Of a stretch of 64,000 nucleotides of DNA, positions 8,492 through 17,109 are shown in pieces (the stretch's first letter is position 1; every line of letters starts with the position of its first letter). The stretch spans positions 288,001 through 352,000 of the forward strand of contig CAVOKF010000006.1 in the NCBI GenBank assembly GCA_963696385.1, given 5' to 3'. Origin of the DNA: an uncultured delta proteobacterium. Lineage in GTDB: Bacteria; Myxococcota_A; Polyangia; Polyangiales; Polyangiaceae. The notes under the pieces were generated by a model. That model saw only the letters and a list, made by a program, of their open reading frames with translations, made no database searches and was not told where the DNA came from. The translations under genes and the position numbers were made by a program.

Positions 8492-10825
8492 TCACGCATC
8501 CCGGCCCCGCTTGAGGGCCGCCCGGAAATGCTCGAGCTGTTTGAGCGCGTCGTTCTTCAGCGCCCCCGAAGACCTGTCTGCCTTTGCGGCGGGCACCGCT
8601 TTGCCTGGCGGCGCGTCCTTTGGCTGCTCGGGCCGCGTGCGGTCGGCCCCCGTCTTCATCGTCAACGCGATTTGGTGCTTCGCGAGGTTGACCTCGAGCA
8701 CGCGCACGGTGACGCGATCGCCCGGGCTCACGGCATCGCGGGGGTCCTTCACGAACCGATCGGCGAGCTGAGAAACGTGGACGAGCCCATCCTGGTGCAC
8801 TCCGATGTCGACGAACGCGCCGAAGTGGGTCACGTTCGTGACGATGCCCGGGGCTACCATTCCCGGCGTCAGGTCGGTGATTTCGTGGATGTCGTCGCGG
8901 AAGCTCCATACGACGAACGAATCGCGTGGATCACGGCCCGGCCGTTCGAGCTCCTTCACGATATCGTCGAAGGTAAACTGCCCCACTTCGGATCGGAATT
9001 GAGCGTCGCGCTTGACGAGCGAAGCGCCCGGCCCGACCAAATCGCCCACGTTTTTGCCGAGGCGCGCCGCGAGGCGCTCAAGCACCGGGTACCGCTCGGG
9101 GTGAATCCCGGTGTTGTCCAGCGGATGCGCCGCGCCCGGGATGCGCAGGAACCCGGCGGCCTGCTCGAACACCTTGTCGGAGAAGCGCGGAACCGAGAGA
9201 AGATCGCGCTTCGTTTTGAAGACGCCCTTCTGCCGGCGGTGATCGGCGATGCCGCGCGCAAGCGACGAACCGATCCCCGCCACCTCGGCGAGCAAGTACG
9301 GCGACGCCGTGTTGACGTTGATCCCGACCGAGTTGACACTGCTCCTTACGACCGTCTCGAGGCTTTTCTTGAGAAGACCCGGTGTCACATCGTGCTGGTA
9401 TTGCCCGACGCCGATGCTCTTCGGGTCGACCTTGACGAGCTCCGCGAGCGGGTCCTGAAGTCGCCGGGCGATCGAGATGGCGCCGCGAATCGTGAGATCG
9501 AGATCCGGGAACTCCTCTCGTGCGACGTCGCTCGCGCTGTAGACACTCGCGCCCGACTCGCTCACCATCACGACGGGCAGACGCCCGAGCCCCATCTCTC
9601 GGAGCGCGTCTCGAATGAACGTCTCGGTCTCGCGGCCCGCGGTTCCGTTTCCTACGGCCACGGCCGACACGCTGCCGCCGACGACCGCCGAGCGTAAGAC
9701 CTCTTTGGCGGCCGCGCGCTCGCGGTCGGAACCGAGGTGGATGACGTCGCTCGTCACATAGGCGCCCGACTCGCTGACGACGGCGATCTTGCAGCCGGTG
9801 CGAATGCCGGGATCGACACCGAGGACGGACTTGGCCCCGTACGGCGATGCGAGCAACAGCTTGCGCAAGTTTTCCGCGAAGACTTGGGTGGCGGCCGCAT
9901 CGGCCGCGTCACGAAGCGCCCTGTTCACTTCGTTCTCGATGCTCGGCTGCACATAGACGCGCAGCGACAGGCGCGCCGCCCGCTTCATGACCTCGGCGGC
10001 CGGAGACGAAGGACGCGAGCACGCGGCACGCTCGAACGGGGCGACCAACTCCGTGTCGAACGTTTCGTTGCCGGGCGCGCCGCCGATCGACAGGACGAGC
10101 TCCTCTTCCAAGAATCCGCGACGCATGGCCAAATACCGGTGCGAGGCCTCCGGCCGTAAAAGGGAGCTTACGCGCTCGTGATAAGAGAAGTAGCGATCGT
10201 ATTTGCTGTTCGGCTTTGCCTTCTCGCCCTTTTCGGAGCGCACGAACCCGGCGTCGAAGAGAGCCCTCCGCACGTGCTCGCGAAGGTCGGCGTTCTCGGA
10301 GAGTCGCTCGGTGACGATATCGCGGGCCCCCTCGATCGCTCGATCGGTCGTCGTGACACCCTTTTCGGGGGAAAGGAACCCCGCGGCCTTTTCGACGAGG
10401 GAGACGGCGAGCGCCGCCTCTTCGTGGGAGACGCGCCACATCCACTCGGCGAGCGGTTCGAGCCCGGCTTCGCGCGCGACCGTCGCTTTGGTCTTGCGCT
10501 TCAGCTTGTAGGGCAAATAGAGGTCCTCGAGGCGTTCGAGATCGGTGGTCGAGAGAATCCTGTCTTTGAGCTCGGGGGTGAGCTTTCCTTGCCTTTCGAT
10601 CTCGTCGGCCACGAATTTTTTGCGATGCACGAGGGCGTCCCACGTCTCCTTCGCCTCGAGCACGCTCTGGATGGCGACTTCGTCGAGGTTGCCGGTCTGC
10701 TCTTTGCGGTACCGCGCGATGAAGGGCAGGGTGGCGCCGCCCTCCGAGAGGGCGAGGACCGCCTTCGCGGACGTCACCGGAAGGTTGGCGTGCCGCCGTG
10801 ACAACCAGTCTTCAAAGGTGAGCAT
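8492..10825 (-). CDS. tex: Tex family RNA-binding transcriptional accessory protein
   Basis: GATLPFIARYRKE, GVDPGIRTGCK, SIGVGQYQHDV, C-terminal S1 domain (FGAFVDIGVHQDGLVHVSQL). Confidence 0.95.
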   Translation of the reverse strand: MLTFEDWLSRRHANLPVTSAKAVLALSEGGATLPFIARYRKEQTGNLDEVAIQSVLEAKETWDALVHRKKFVADEIERQGKLTPELKDRILSTTDLERLEDLYLPYKLKRKTKATVAREAGLEPLAEWMWRVSHEEAALAVSLVEKAAGFLSPEKGVTTTDRAIEGARDIVTERLSENADLREHVRRALFDAGFVRSEKGEKAKPNSKYDRYFSYHERVSSLLRPEASHRYLAMRRGFLEEELVLSIGGAPGNETFDTELVAPFERAACSRPSSPAAEVMKRAARLSLRVYVQPSIENEVNRALRDAADAAATQVFAENLRKLLLASPYGAKSVLGVDPGIRTGCKIAVVSESGAYVTSDVIHLGSDRERAAAKEVLRSAVVGGSVSAVAVGNGTAGRETETFIRDALREMGLGRLPVVMVSESGASVYSASDVAREEFPDLDLTIRGAISIARRLQDPLAELVKVDPKSIGVGQYQHDVTPGLLKKSLETVVRSSVNSVGINVNTASPYLLAEVAGIGSSLARGIADHRRQKGVFKTKRDLLSVPRFSDKVFEQAAGFLRIPGAAHPLDNTGIHPERYPVLERLAARLGKNVGDLVGPGASLVKRDAQFRSEVGQFTFDDIVKELERPGRDPRDSFVVWSFRDDIHEITDLTPGMVAPGIVTNVTHFGAFVDIGVHQDGLVHVSQLADRFVKDPRDAVSPGDRVTVRVLEVNLAKHQIALTMKTGADRTRPEQPKDAPPGKAVPAAKADRSSGALKNDALKQLEHFRAALKRGRDA

Positions 10826-10852
10826 CCCGGGGGATGTTAGATCCCGGCTCAC

Positions 10853-12319
10853 GTGAAGACGAACGACGCGACTCGACTGCAGGACAGCGACGCGCGGGGC
10901 TGGGCTTGGGTGGACCGGGGTTGCCTCGCGCTCTGGGTGGTCGCCTTGTTCGCGGCGACGTGGCGCAACATGGATCTGCTCGGCGACAGCTTTTGGTCCG
11001 TAGCGACCGGTCAATGGCTGCTCGCGCACCGCCGGCTGCCCGTGGAGGATCCGTTCTCCTATACGGCCGAGCGCCCGTGGATCGTCCACATGCCGCTCAG
11101 TCAGGTCCTGTTCGCAACCGTGATGCAACGGTTCGGCGCCATGGGGCTGGTCCTCTTCGGGTCGCTCTTGTTTACCGGTGCGCTGCTCTTGTTGTGGCTT
11201 CCTCATGCGCGCGGCATCGCCGCGCGGATGGGGGTTTGGCCGCTGGTCCTATGGCTCGTTATCGAGCAAGCCGACGACCTGTGTGTACGCGGTCAGGTCT
11301 TCGGCGATCTCGGTTACGCCGTGCTGCTGCTACTTCTGTTCCGGATCCGGGATGGTCGAGCCGTTCACGGAGCGATGGCCATCGCACTCGGTTGCCTGTG
11401 GATCAACCTGCATGCGTCGGTCTTTCTCGCGGTCGTGATGCCGGTGGCCTTCGGCGCGGCCGTGCTGGCGGCGCCCGCGACGCGCCGACCGTCTTTGGGC
11501 CCCTGGATCCGTTTTTCGGCGCTCGCCGCAGCGGGCACGCTGATCAACCCCTACGGCATTCGCCTCGTCGGCGACCTCGTCACGCTGATGGGCGCCTCCA
11601 GCACGCATCGAATCGATCTCTTTCGGCCGCCGGACTTCGCCTCCCCGCGGACGTGGTTGACCCTGGCCCTCGTCGCTGGAATGATGATCGCGTCGCTCCG
11701 GTCACGGACGCCCGAGGCGGGCGTCCCCGAGGCCCTCATGCTCGGGGCGCTTCTTTTGGCCGGCTGTGCGGCGCGTCGCTATGAGCCGTTGGGGCTTGGT
11801 TTTTCCATCGTCGTCCTCGGCCGGATGCTCTGCAGACGGCTTTCGCCGGACGCGCCTTGGGGTCGAGCGTTCGCGCGCCCTGCGCGGCTCGGCATGGCCG
11901 CCCTGGCGGCGGCGCTCTCGTTTCGTGACGTTCGGGTCGACAAGGACCCCTGGCGCGACGTTCCAGTCGTCGAGGCGAGGCTGATCGACGAGCTCGGCCT
12001 GCCTGACCGAGTCGCGAACATCTACCCTTGGGGCGGCTATTTGGATTACGTCTGGGCGGGGCACAGGAAGGTCTTCATCGATGGGCGCAATCAGCTCTTC
12101 GATCGTCGCGTGTTCGACGACTCGGTCCGCCTCGCGTCGCTGGATGGGTGGGAGGCGATTCTCGACGAGTATGGCGTCAACACCGTGCTTTGGGAGCGTG
12201 GCAGTCCACTCGATCGGGCGCTCGCGACCCGTCCCGATTGGGTTCAGGTTCGGCGCGGTCGCATCGCCGTGGTCTACGTGCGCAAAAGCGCGCTCCGGGC
12301 GATGCCGCTTTCGCGCTGA
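10853..12319 (+). CDS. Polytopic membrane protein, GT-C glycosyltransferase-like
   Basis: About ten hydrophobic segments; D-x-F-W after TM1, DPFSYT, WINLH, LINPYG, WGGYL, FIDGR. Confidence 0.6.
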   Translation: MKTNDATRLQDSDARGWAWVDRGCLALWVVALFAATWRNMDLLGDSFWSVATGQWLLAHRRLPVEDPFSYTAERPWIVHMPLSQVLFATVMQRFGAMGLVLFGSLLFTGALLLLWLPHARGIAARMGVWPLVLWLVIEQADDLCVRGQVFGDLGYAVLLLLLFRIRDGRAVHGAMAIALGCLWINLHASVFLAVVMPVAFGAAVLAAPATRRPSLGPWIRFSALAAAGTLINPYGIRLVGDLVTLMGASSTHRIDLFRPPDFASPRTWLTLALVAGMMIASLRSRTPEAGVPEALMLGALLLAGCAARRYEPLGLGFSIVVLGRMLCRRLSPDAPWGRAFARPARLGMAALAAALSFRDVRVDKDPWRDVPVVEARLIDELGLPDRVANIYPWGGYLDYVWAGHRKVFIDGRNQLFDRRVFDDSVRLASLDGWEAILDEYGVNTVLWERGSPLDRALATRPDWVQVRRGRIAVVYVRKSALRAMPLSR

Positions 12320-12586
12320 CCGGGCCATCGATTCTCGCCAGTGCGACCCATAGTCATTTGTTTACAAGTTCGGGCCCGCGGCTCGAAAAAACGAATGGAA
12401 CATCAATAGATTGGCGCGCGAAAGCGAAGAGGAGCCCAAGCGGCTGCAAAAAAAGCTATTGCCAATGCCACAGAACTGCGTAGAGGTTCGTTTTCGAGAG
12501 CAACCTCATCGGCAGCACTCCGAGGGTCAGGGCGAGTTCGTCCTTGCCCTGCGCTCTCGAGCTCACGTTGGAGGAGGGGTTCATCC

Positions 12587-14290
12587 ATGATTTCCAATCG
12601 TTTCACGACGTTCTTTGGGAGTGGTCGAGGCGTGCGGTGCGGCTTCACCTCTCCCGCTTCCCAAGGGTCGTTGACTGCGGCCTTGGGCTTCGTGGGATGT
12701 CTCGCCTCGGGCTGCTCGAGCACCACGGCGCCGGCTCAGGAGACCCCGACGTCCGATGCCTCTATGACCACGGCAAGCACGACCGGGACTGGAACTGGAA
12801 CTGGAACTGGAACTGGAACGGGAACTGGAACGAACGATGGTTCTGCGAGCTCCGCCTCGATGACGACGGCGTCGAGCCCCAGCGTCGCGGCCTGCCCGTC
12901 CGATGGCGGCACGTCGCTCTTGTCGTTCACGAACCAGACCTACTTGAACGACCCACGCACGCGGGCGACCGAGGCCATCTTCAGCGGCATCAATACGGTG
13001 GACGACCCCTATCTGCAGATCCTGCGCTTGCACAACGGGGGCACGAGCTCGGTCACGATCACGAGCGTCGGAATCGCTCCCCAGGCCACACTCTTTCCGG
13101 TCGCCTTCCGGCAAACCAGCAACCCGAGCGCGTTCAACGCCACGGTCGTGGCGACGTCGGATGCAGGGACGGACGCCGCTGCGACCGCGCTCACGCTGCC
13201 GCAGACGATCGCGGCCGGCGGCGATTTGGACATCCAGGTGCAGTTTCTTTCGACTCACACGAATCCGCCGACCCGTTACGACAACACCGGCGGCGACGCC
13301 GTGGCCGCACTGCTCGTCGCGCAGTCGAGCAGCGATTGCGTCCAGGCCGGGCTCTATGGCGTCGGGCTCTGGAACAACTCCGAGAGCATCAGCGATGCCG
13401 GTGTACCCTCGTCGAACTACGGGCGTTACGAGCCCACGCTCGGCCAGATCATCGCGACGCTCGGGTACCAGGTCAACGTGGGCATCCTTTTGCAAACGTT
13501 TCTCAACGTCAATCAGGTGAGCGCGCTGGCGATGGATCCTCCGCCCAACGGCGACACGCCCTCGGACGAAGTGATCGTCCAGGAATTCGTGCTCGCCGAC
13601 CCCACCCAGCCGGCCGTGCTGCTCGCCCCCGCCCGGTTCGCTCCGAAGTACAACTTCGCCTACGGGTGGTACCCCACCGGATCGATCGATGCCGGTGCCG
13701 CGCAACCCGCCGCCGCCGACGCGGAGCCTCCGCCCGCCGCCGTCCCCGCGAACTTCCCGGCGGGTCTGCAGTGGGTGGCCACGATGGAGAGTGTCGTGGG
13801 CAGCGACAACTATACGTCCGACCATAGCGAGATGGTCCTTCCACCCATCACCGGGACCAACCCCGCCGGGACCTTCATGCCCACGCCGGCAACGGCGAGC
13901 TTCGGCCTCTGGTGCTTCGGCAACCAGAGGACCAGCGGGTCCGCGCCTCTGAACGGCGATTACGACTATTCGCAGGACGATCTCAACGTCGTGACGCAAA
14001 CCGGCAACCCCCCGCTGCCCGAGGACCTGATCGAGGCGGGCGTCAACCACTTCGTGACGACGCCGGTGCACCGTTACCGCGTCTGGCCGCTCAGGGACCG
14101 GGGCGGCAACCTCGTCGCGAATTCGTATCTCATCGCTCTGGAAGAGGCCACCAACGACGACTTCCAAGACATGATCTTCACGATCAGCAACGTCAAGCCA
14201 TTCTCGGGGGTCCTCGATGCCGGAGCCGCTCCGGACGCTCAGACCGGTGCCAGCGGCGATGCGGCCGCCGATTCCGGTACCGAGCAGTAG
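12587..14290 (+). CDS. Secreted lipoprotein with TG-repeat linker and C-terminal DUF4114-like motif
   Basis: GGAGGAGG RBS; lipobox LASGC; (TG)n; C-terminal LIALEEATNDDFQDMIFTI. Confidence 0.75.
   Translation: MISNRFTTFFGSGRGVRCGFTSPASQGSLTAALGFVGCLASGCSSTTAPAQETPTSDASMTTASTTGTGTGTGTGTGTGTGTNDGSASSASMTTASSPSVAACPSDGGTSLLSFTNQTYLNDPRTRATEAIFSGINTVDDPYLQILRLHNGGTSSVTITSVGIAPQATLFPVAFRQTSNPSAFNATVVATSDAGTDAAATALTLPQTIAAGGDLDIQVQFLSTHTNPPTRYDNTGGDAVAALLVAQSSSDCVQAGLYGVGLWNNSESISDAGVPSSNYGRYEPTLGQIIATLGYQVNVGILLQTFLNVNQVSALAMDPPPNGDTPSDEVIVQEFVLADPTQPAVLLAPARFAPKYNFAYGWYPTGSIDAGAAQPAAADAEPPPAAVPANFPAGLQWVATMESVVGSDNYTSDHSEMVLPPITGTNPAGTFMPTPATASFGLWCFGNQRTSGSAPLNGDYDYSQDDLNVVTQTGNPPLPEDLIEAGVNHFVTTPVHRYRVWPLRDRGGNLVANSYLIALEEATNDDFQDMIFTISNVKPFSGVLDAGAAPDAQTGASGDAAADSGTEQ
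12785..12832 (+). repeat. Hexamer microsatellite (GGAACT)n encoding Gly-Thr repeats
   Basis: Eight GGRACK units, in frame within the lipoprotein. Confidence 0.9.
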
Positions 14291-14355
14291 GCCGTTCGGG
14301 TCCGCGTGCGGCGCTGCTTTCCTAGCGCGCCGCCCGCGTCCGCCACAGACGATTT

Positions 14356-14445
14356 CCTTGGGGGCTTCGCCCCAAACCCCAATCGCCTCCCGGCGATTGA
14401 AGTACACCGCCCGGCTGGACCCCTTTGCTCAAGGGCGGTGTACTT
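14356..14445. repeat. REP/MITE-like composite hairpin element, copy A (full)
   Basis: ggggc-ttc-gcccc hairpin, caatcgcc-tccc-ggcgattg hairpin, then perfect 13-bp IR aagtacaccgccc (14400-14412)/gggcggtgtactt (14433-14445). Confidence 0.85.
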
Positions 14446-15128
14446 TAGCTGCTGCCGTATTTGACGCCGCAACCGTAGGGCTTCGTTTCGCGCACGGGGA
14501 CCGGCCGATTCGCCTTCAAGGCGTCGAGCGCGTCGGTGACGTAGTTCACGAGCTTGCCGCCGGTCGGCGATTGGCCTTCGGCGTCGGGCGAATTGTCGAT
14601 GGCGCCGCGGTAGACGAGCGTCCCATGCGCATCGACGACGACCATATTCGGGGTGTTCGTGGCGCCGTACGCGTGCCCCACGCGTCCCGTCTCATCGAGA
14701 AGAATCGGGTAGGTCATCGCGTACTCTGCGGCGGCCTTTCGGTTCGCGTCCGCGCCGCTGCCCTGGTGGCCCGGGGCGGCCGAGTTGACCGCGAGCCAGA
14801 CGATGCCCTCGGAAAGGGCGCGCGCCGGCGCGTCCTTCAGCGACCCGACGGTGTGGGCCTTGCGGACGAAGGGGCAGCCGGGGTTGAACCACTCGAGCAC
14901 CACCGTCTTGCCCCTCAAACCCGACAGGGTGACGGCGTGACCCTCGAGATCCGAAAGCGTGAAGTCGGGGGCCGGCGAGCCGACGGCGGCTTGGGCCATC
15001 GAGGGACCGGGCGCTGCAGAGGCCACGGCGACCGGCGGAGCGGCAGGAGCCGGCTCCGGAGGGGTCGACGAGGGCCGGCTGCAGGCGGACGTAGCGAGCA
15101 CGACCGATGCGAGAAGAATGCGCGTCAT
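14445..15128 (-). CDS. Redoxin (AhpC/TSA-like thioredoxin family) lipoprotein
   Basis: APDFTL, EWFNPGCPFV, YRGAID, KPYGCGVKY; lipobox TSAC. Confidence 0.88.
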   Translation of the reverse strand: MTRILLASVVLATSACSRPSSTPPEPAPAAPPVAVASAAPGPSMAQAAVGSPAPDFTLSDLEGHAVTLSGLRGKTVVLEWFNPGCPFVRKAHTVGSLKDAPARALSEGIVWLAVNSAAPGHQGSGADANRKAAAEYAMTYPILLDETGRVGHAYGATNTPNMVVVDAHGTLVYRGAIDNSPDAEGQSPTGGKLVNYVTDALDALKANRPVPVRETKPYGCGVKYGSS

Positions 15129-15182
15129 GCCGGCGACTGTAGTGCGAATAGCGGCGGGCCGCATGGCCCGAGTGGAGGCGCG

Positions 15183-15240
15183 CTCCCGGCGATTGAAGTA
15201 CACCGCCCGGCGGATCCCTTGGGTCTGGGGCGGTGTACTT
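15183..15240. repeat. REP/MITE-like hairpin element, copy B (partial)
   Basis: ctcccggcgattg plus perfect IR aagtacaccgccc (15196-15208)/gggcggtgtactt (15228-15240). Confidence 0.85.
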
Positions 15241-15257
15241 GAGGCGATGACGACGCT

Positions 15258-15581
15258 TTACTGCCCGACGACGACGGTGCAGGTCGTGCCGTAAATGCCG
15301 AGCACGCTGAAGATCTCGTGGTCCACGTACGCAACCTGCGCGATTCCACCCGCCGCCTTGGCGCTCGCAATCGAAGCGTCGCCGAGGGCCACGAGGCCTA
15401 GGATGGACATGGCACAGGCACGGCCCGTCTTCGTTCCGGTGCCCGGACCGACGGCACCCCCCATCTTGTAGCCGCTGTAGATCGCGCCGGCAGCCATGCC
15501 ATCCCCGCCTGTGACCGTTGCACAGCCGCTCATCGACGCCGCCACCATGGCCGCCGCCGCTACTTGAACGAACACTTTCAT
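15258..15581 (-). CDS. TRL-like family lipoprotein
   Basis: Lipobox MSGC; KTGRACAMSILGLVALGDASI...GGI..V..VD...CTVVVG; GGAGG RBS. Confidence 0.8.
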   Translation of the reverse strand: MKVFVQVAAAAMVAASMSGCATVTGGDGMAAGAIYSGYKMGGAVGPGTGTKTGRACAMSILGLVALGDASIASAKAAGGIAQVAYVDHEIFSVLGIYGTTCTVVVGQ

Positions 15582-15762
15582 GTGGAAACCCTCCGATAAT
15601 GAAAAAGAAACAAACCGATGCGCCAGCTTTAATCCCTTTGGAGGACAGACTCATCATTTTTCGGTGGGGCGCCCAGACCCGCGGCAGCGGCCGCGTCGGA
15701 CCCTTTCGCCGAACCGAGGCGCCAGGTGATCCCCGCCGCCCCCACAGGCCGCCGTCCCCGCG

Positions 15763-16065
15763 CTACGTCGTCGGGGTGCTCTCCGGGGTTCGCTTTCCGA
15801 GAATCAACGGAACTTCCTCGTCGACGTACCGCCGCAACTCCCTGGCGTACGGACTGGCTTCGGGAAGGTTGCCGCCGACGAGATCAAACGCCGTGTGGGC
15901 CCAGCGTTCGCGCAGTTCGAGCGGAACAACACTGGACCGCGAGCGACGCGACAACCAGAGCATCTGCATCGTCTCGAACATCACCCATGCGCTGGCGACG
16001 AGCGCATGGAACGCTGCGGCACCGATGTCTTCGGCAGAGGCCTCGAGCTTGAGAGAGAACGGCAT
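15763..16065 (-). CDS. Hypothetical protein
   Basis: Protein-like composition; fills an otherwise empty gap; no motif. Confidence 0.35.
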   Translation of the reverse strand: MPFSLKLEASAEDIGAAAFHALVASAWVMFETMQMLWLSRRSRSSVVPLELRERWAHTAFDLVGGNLPEASPYARELRRYVDEEVPLILGKRTPESTPTT

Positions 16066-16155
16066 TGCCGGCAAGAGAACACGTGCGGCCGTGCGAGCCA
16101 AGGCGGAAGAGCGGCATGCGAGTCGGGCAAGTCGGCTTCAAGGCTGGGAGGCTTC

Positions 16156-17049
16156 ATGACCGCCCGGCGTCCGATTCTCGCGGTTCATGGCGGTGCCGGA
16201 CCCGCGTCGACCGAGGGGGAGGCGCACGTCGCCCGGGAGCACGCGCTCGTCGCCGCCCTGGGCGTGGGTTGGAACGTACTCGCGTCCGGCGGCCGCGCGG
16301 TCGACGCGGTCGAGCAGGCCGTCGCTTCGATGGAGCGGAGCGGGTGCTTCAACGCGGGACGGGGCGCCGTGGTCGATGCCTCGGGCGCCGTGACGCTCGA
16401 CGCCGCGATCATGGATGGTGCGACACGCGCCGCCGGCGCAGTGGGCGCGGTGGGGCGGATCGCGGCGGCCGTCTCCGCGGCTCGCCTCGTGATGGACCGG
16501 ACCCCCCACGTGCTGCTGGTGGGGCCCCTGGCCGATGACTTTGCACTCGCCCTGGGCGTTGCACCCGCGGCCGCTGGGTATTTCCTGAACGCCGGGGGTG
16601 GATCGGCATCGGGGGCGGTGCCCGGTACGGTCGGCGCCGTAGCGCTCGACTCGGCCGGCCATCTGGCGGCCGCCACGGCGACCGGCGGCTTATCCGGCAA
16701 GTTGCCGGGGCGGGTCGGTGACTCGGCCGTGGTGGGCGCGGGCACCTGGGCGGATCCCACTTGCGCGGTGTCCGCGACGGGCAGGGGCGAGTTCTTCATC
16801 CGTACGGCCTTCGCTCACGGCGTGGCCTGCGGCGTGTCCGGGCTCGGCCTGCCGCTCGCCGAAGCGGCAGGTCGCGCCCTGGCCGACGTCGTCGCGTTGG
16901 CCGGAAGCGGCGCGGCGGGCGGCGGGTGCATCGCCGTCGCCCGCGACGGGACGGTCACGATGCCCTTCTCGACGCCCTCGATGTACCGAGGGATCGTCGA
17001 CGGATCCGGATCACCGCGCGTCGCTGCGCTGGCCGACCCCCGCTTGTAG
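16156..17049 (+). CDS. iaaA: Isoaspartyl peptidase/L-asparaginase (Ntn hydrolase)
   Basis: AVHGGAG, FNAGRG, LDAAIMDG, GTVGAVA, GRVGDS, SATGRGE; GGGAGG RBS. Confidence 0.9.
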   Translation: MTARRPILAVHGGAGPASTEGEAHVAREHALVAALGVGWNVLASGGRAVDAVEQAVASMERSGCFNAGRGAVVDASGAVTLDAAIMDGATRAAGAVGAVGRIAAAVSAARLVMDRTPHVLLVGPLADDFALALGVAPAAAGYFLNAGGGSASGAVPGTVGAVALDSAGHLAAATATGGLSGKLPGRVGDSAVVGAGTWADPTCAVSATGRGEFFIRTAFAHGVACGVSGLGLPLAEAAGRALADVVALAGSGAAGGGCIAVARDGTVTMPFSTPSMYRGIVDGSGSPRVAALADPRL

Positions 17050-17109
17050 CCATTCGAGAGTCAGAGGACATCCGCTAGGAGCGGTTCGCGTGGCGGAAAA
17101 AGGCCTTCG

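Noticed and set aside
12480..12555. Two hairpins in the leader of the 12587 lipoprotein as a riboswitch
   Set aside because: No recognisable aptamer consensus; short GC stems are common by chance
14356..15240. Hairpin elements as integron attC sites flanking a cassette
   Set aside because: No RYYYAAC/GTTRRRY boxes and no integrase in the window
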